Assembly (NCBI GenBank): GCA_965603825.1
Contig: CBFDEM010000033.1
Location: forward strand, 372,001 to 436,000
Reading direction: 5' to 3'
Length of the DNA stretch: 64,000 nucleotides
Source of the DNA: Blepharisma stoltei ATCC 30299
Lineage: Eukaryota > Protista > Ciliophora
The position numbers were made by a program, and so were the translations under genes. A model generated the notes under the pieces. It was not told the DNA's origin. It was given only the letters and a program-made list of their open reading frames with translations, and did no database searches. Positions 59,966-64,000 of this stretch are shown here, piece after piece; position 1 is the first letter of the stretch, and each line of letters begins with the position of its first letter.

Positions 59966-61489
59966 ATGGGATGCTGTCTTTCAAGGAGTGAACCAAAAAA
60001 AGAAGAGAAAGAAAATAAAAAGTCTTCTAAGAGCAAGCAAAGATCTCAAACGAAAGAGCCATCTTTAAAGCTTTCCGCTCAACCGTCAATTGAAGGGTCA
60101 ATTGCTTTAAATAGCAAAACTGAAAAGAAGCTTATGCAGAACTTCAAAATCCTTAAAACGTATAAAAAGAGACCAAACGGATCAATCTACCTTGCGAAAG
60201 AAAAAACTACAAATAAATTCAAAATTATAAAGGAGTACCACAAGTCTAATTCAGAGGAAAGTAAAAAAGTTTTCGATGAAATTCTGACACTCCAAGAGCT
60301 TGATCATCCAAATATTGTCAAAATTTTTGAAGTGGTTAACACCAAAAATAAAATTTATGTCATAAGAGAATATTGTCCAGGCGGTGAACTGTTTGATAAA
60401 ATAATTCAATCGCAGCAAATAAGTGAAAACCAGGCAGCAAAGTACATGCATGATATTTTAGACGTTGTAAAATACTGTCACAGTAAAGGAGTTATTCATC
60501 GCGATTTGAATCCTGCACATTTACTATTAGATTCCAAAAATGATGATGCTAATCTCAAGGTTGCTAACTTTGGTTTGTCAGGAACATTTACAGAAGATAC
60601 GAAATTAAAAAGAAGTGTTGGAGATGTAACTTATATATAGACTTGCTATATGGCTCCAGAAATATTTGAAGGCGAGTATAGTAAAGAAGTCGATGTCTGA
60701 AGCTGCGGAGTTATTTTATGTACTTTAATACTAGGAAGACCCCCATTTCATGGCAAGACCCGTGAAAAAATCATAAAATCTATAAATGATGGCCTAAATC
60801 TTTCAACGGGTATCTGACTCCAAGTATCTGATGATCTGAAAGACCTTATATCCAAAATGTTAGAAAAAAATCCTAAAAAACGAATTTCAGCAAAAGACGC
60901 ACTTAGCCACTCTTGGATTGAGTCTAGATCATCTAACAGCGTTCCTGACAAAGCGATTTCTGGTGAGGCTTTATCTCGCTTATCCAAGTTTACTGTATTT
61001 TCTATTTAGGTCAGATCAAAAATTGAGCAATCTATCCTGAATTTTATTTCCTACCAAACAACTTCTTCCAGAGAAGAAAAAGAACTTATACAATTATTTA
61101 AATCAATTGATATTAACGGTGATGGTAAATTAAGCTCCGACGAAGTCCAAAAAGCTTTAAAAAAACTCCAAGTAGGTTCAAAAGAAGAAATTTCATCAAT
61201 TATGAAAAGTTGTGATAAAGACGGCAGTGGATTTATAGAATATTCAGAATTTGTGACTGGAGTATCTCGATGGAATAAAAAATTCCAAGAAAACCAGCTG
61301 AGAGATATTTTCAAAATGTACGATACTGATGGAGATGGACTGCTGTCAATTGGAGAACTTGAAGGATGTATACCTGGCATTGAAGGAAGCGAATGGGAAA
61401 ACTTCTTCAGGCAGGCTGATGCAAATCAAGATGGGTTGATTAGCGTTGACGAGCTAAAAGCATATTTCCAAGCTAAATTTAGTAATTAA
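59966..61489 (+). CDS. CDPK-like protein 2, tandem paralog (degenerate kinase domain + 4 EF-hands)
   Basis: MGCC; HRDLNPAH, ANFG, GD^TCYMAPE, DV(TGA)SCG; introns 60626-60640 and 60995-61009; four EF-hands; collinear with 58275-59822. Confidence 0.9.
60626..60640 (+). other. 15-nt intron GTAACTTATATATAG
   Basis: Same position as the paralog intron 58968-58982; in-frame TAG. Confidence 0.9.
60995..61009 (+). other. 15-nt intron GTATTTTCTATTTAG
   Basis: In-frame TAG; removal gives KFT^VRSKIEQSIL, collinear with the intronless paralog KFTVKSKVEQSIL. Confidence 0.9.
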
Positions 61490-61490
61490 T

Positions 61491-62282
61491 ATGGCTTCTA
61501 ATATAACTGAGAAATACAAGAAGTCTTCAAATGATGGACTGAAAAGTAATGAAGTAAAACAAGGCAAGCCAGGCCAATTTCAGTATCACAAATCTGTGAT
61601 TCAGCTATCTGCAGCCAATATGATTAATAGTAACCCTAATAAAAGTATTCAGCCAATTAAAGAAAACTCAAAAAAAAGCATTGATGAGCCTTATATGAGT
61701 ATGGATGATATTGATAACGGTGAATATGAAACTATTTCAGTTGATGAGAATTTAGAAAATAAAATTCCTTATAATGTCAAAAACGTTAGAACTCCAGAAG
61801 TCAGGCCAGAAGAGCTCACAAAAAAGCAAAATATAAAATTAAGCACTGGATATTCCAAAAAATTTCAGGAAAATGAATATACAATTCCAAAATCAAACGA
61901 CTATTATAACCCTAAAAGTGGCAAGTATTATGAACTAGGAGGATTAGGACCTCTAACTGTAGGCACTGAAGAATGAAATAGAAGGAAAGAAATGCAAGAC
62001 AGAAGAAATCTCTATGCGAAGCATGTAAATACAGCAAATGCTAATAGTCTGCCCCCTGCAAAACCAAAAAAAGTTGTAGAAAAAGAGAAAAGTTCTCGAG
62101 AAAAAGCTATTGAATTTGCAAAAAACGTTCCGAAGCCTATTCCCAAACCTAAGGTAGTTGCTAAGGAGGAAACAAAAGAATATTCACCTATAAAGCCATC
62201 AAGCTTGCTGATAGAACAATTGGAAAAACATGAGCTCTACAAAGCGAAAATTCAGGAAATCAAAGCTCAATTCTATATGTAA
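61491..62282 (+). CDS. JHY: JHY (juvenile hydrocephalus, ciliary)-like protein
   Basis: LGGLGP...EE(TGA 61974)...YAKHV...SREKAIEFAKNVPKP resembles the JHY C-terminal motifs; start codon uncertain. Confidence 0.68.
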
Positions 62283-62637
62283 ATGCATATAAGCTGATAG
62301 TAAACCTTATGTAAATTATTCAATAAAATTTATAATTGAAAAGCCTTATTTATTAAGATGGGGCATTCAAATTAAATTAAATCAAACCAAATTTTAATTA
62401 TTCACATAAAAGAAGACTTAAATAGAAAATATGATCCTGCATTTTAGGTAAAAGCTATTTAAAAATATAGATCAATTAATGAAATAACAAAAATATTTCA
62501 CATTTACAATTTTCATAATAATTTTAATGACAGTAAAATGAAGAAAATGAATCACAGCACTGCTAAATTTGTTATATAAACCAATATTTCGTAAATTCAT
62601 TAGCTAATTCGTAAAACAGCTACTTAATTAATAAAAA

Positions 62638-62982
62638 ATGGTTTTTGTCTGTCCATATTCTGAATGCAAAAAGCGCTTGAGTTCAAAGTATAATTTAAAG
62701 CGACATGTAGAGTGTTGCCATAGGAAAATTCGAAGGTTCGAATGCGATATTTGTTACAAAAAGTTTTCTTCATCGCAAAACCTAAAAGAGCATCTATTTT
62801 TGCATGAAAACTCAACTCAAGAGGTGCTAAATCTACCCGAAAATTTCGTGCCTGAGCGAGAAATCAACATTCCAGCGTTAACTAATTTGATTTTATGGTC
62901 TTATGATCCTGACTTAAGACCATTCATCAAGGTTACCCGTGTATATCCTTATCCTCCTTCAGCGACTGATGTAAAAGTTTAA
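62638..62982 (+). CDS. Small C2H2 zinc-finger protein (two fingers)
   Basis: CPYSECKKRLSSKYNLKRHVECCH and CDICYKKFSSSQNLKEHLFLH. Confidence 0.9.
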   Translation: MVFVCPYSECKKRLSSKYNLKRHVECCHRKIRRFECDICYKKFSSSQNLKEHLFLHENSTQEVLNLPENFVPEREINIPALTNLILWSYDPDLRPFIKVTRVYPYPPSATDVKV

Positions 62983-63349
62983 ATGCATAAATAATGAAAG
63001 AATAAGCTAATATTAAGCTTTAAATAAATTGCATCTTACATTCTATTTTAAGCTAGTTAAGTTACTAAAAATCTTTGTTCTAATGCAGGGTTCAATTTGA
63101 AGAAAAAACCAAAGAAATAATAGAAAAAATAATCCCATAGTGAAAATTTAATAAACCCATTTTGAAACTCTTTGCAACAAATTATGACAAAATTGAAATT
63201 ATTTAATTTTATAATAAAGCCTGCTAAGAATTATTTCATATCTTAATTTAATTTCTACTTTATTATATTTTTGCTAAATCCATATTTATATTATGTATAA
63301 ATTATAAAATATAAGCAATATAATTAAAATTTTATTTTTTTAATTAGGC

Positions 63350-64000
63350 TTACCACATATACGAAAAATACAGTTCTTCACCAAGCACATGGCAAAGAAT
63401 AAAATCCGACAGCTGAACCAGATTATCTAAGTCAAACCCAAAATATCCTACAAGTAGCTCACACTGAGGAAAAAGCCCAGACAGTTTTGTCAAAACTGAT
63501 AGTGTAGCTTGTATAACAGCTGCACTTAAGAGTCCAACTGGATAATCTACCAAAATAGTTTCATCCTCATGCAAAAGATCAATAATTAGTAAGGATACAT
63601 ATCTAATCATGTTTTTCACATCTTTTTCTAGTCTTTTAGTGCACAATTCAACCTGCAAGCTCACTCAGTCATGCAGTGTAGGAATTAGAGTTCTGAAATT
63701 AATTAAAGATAAGATATAAAGCTCATATTTCAAAATTTCATTTGTAAATCGAATTGATGGGGAGATTTCCAGCACAGCTTGGGGAGAGATAGGGCTTTGC
63801 TCATGGAATTTGGTTGATAAAAGAATAGAGATTGATAAAGCGATTGCAGGATCAATTGTGGGCTCGATTTGCAAGATTTTTTGGAAGATCATGTAAGATA
63901 GATATCGAGTATTTGTGCCTAATTTTAGCTTGTTGCAGTAGGCGAAAACAATTTCTGCATGATATTTTGAAATATTTGCTGAGTATTGAATTAATGGTAA
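63350..64000 (-). CDS. Cyclin-fold protein, 5'-truncated by the window
   Basis: Frame open to the window end; cyclin-box motifs LLSTKFHE, ILKYELYILSLINFRTLIPTLHD(TGA 63665), YPVGLLSAAVI. Confidence 0.75.

Noticed and set aside
1-64000. Apparent clustering of Ca2+/cyclic-nucleotide signalling genes (PDE, calcineurin, Piezo, PKA-R, CDPKs)
   Set aside because: These families are greatly expanded in ciliates and are interspersed with unrelated genes; no evidence of a functional cluster

Overview
AT-rich, very gene-dense eukaryotic DNA with the hallmarks of a heterotrich ciliate macronuclear genome (Blepharisma-like; genus is inferred). In-frame TGA falls at invariant Trp positions of conserved proteins, while every true stop I traced is TAA or TAG. 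Genes carry tiny 15-nt (occasionally 16-nt) GT-AG introns with an A at a fixed position. The supplied ORF track (standard code, no splicing) therefore fragments most genes. Re-read with UGA=Trp and micro-introns, the window holds about 31 intact protein genes and 18 supported introns. They include a GAF-PDE, P3A H+-ATPase, calcineurin A, TPR protein, class-3 lipase, PPOX, CFAP100, KDM4, Rab1, Kelch, START, Piezo, GNAT, BEACH, CK1, PLD, PKA-R, NAK kinase, Myb, two CDPK-like paralogs, JHY-like, C2H2 and cyclin-fold genes. The most striking observation is a Piezo channel with a catalytically dead ubiquitin-conjugating (E2/UEV) fold inserted in the cytoplasmic loop of its last transmembrane helical unit, next to the anchor/pore module. 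Also notable: a stop-free 15-nt intron inside the PKA-R autoinhibitory motif, PAM2-Kelch and NAK-ANTH fusions, a 4TM protein whose SHP box depends on splicing, and tandem pseudo-CDPKs. I recognised no RNA genes, CRISPR arrays, transposons or telomeric repeats. All family assignments are by manual motif recognition; no searches were run.
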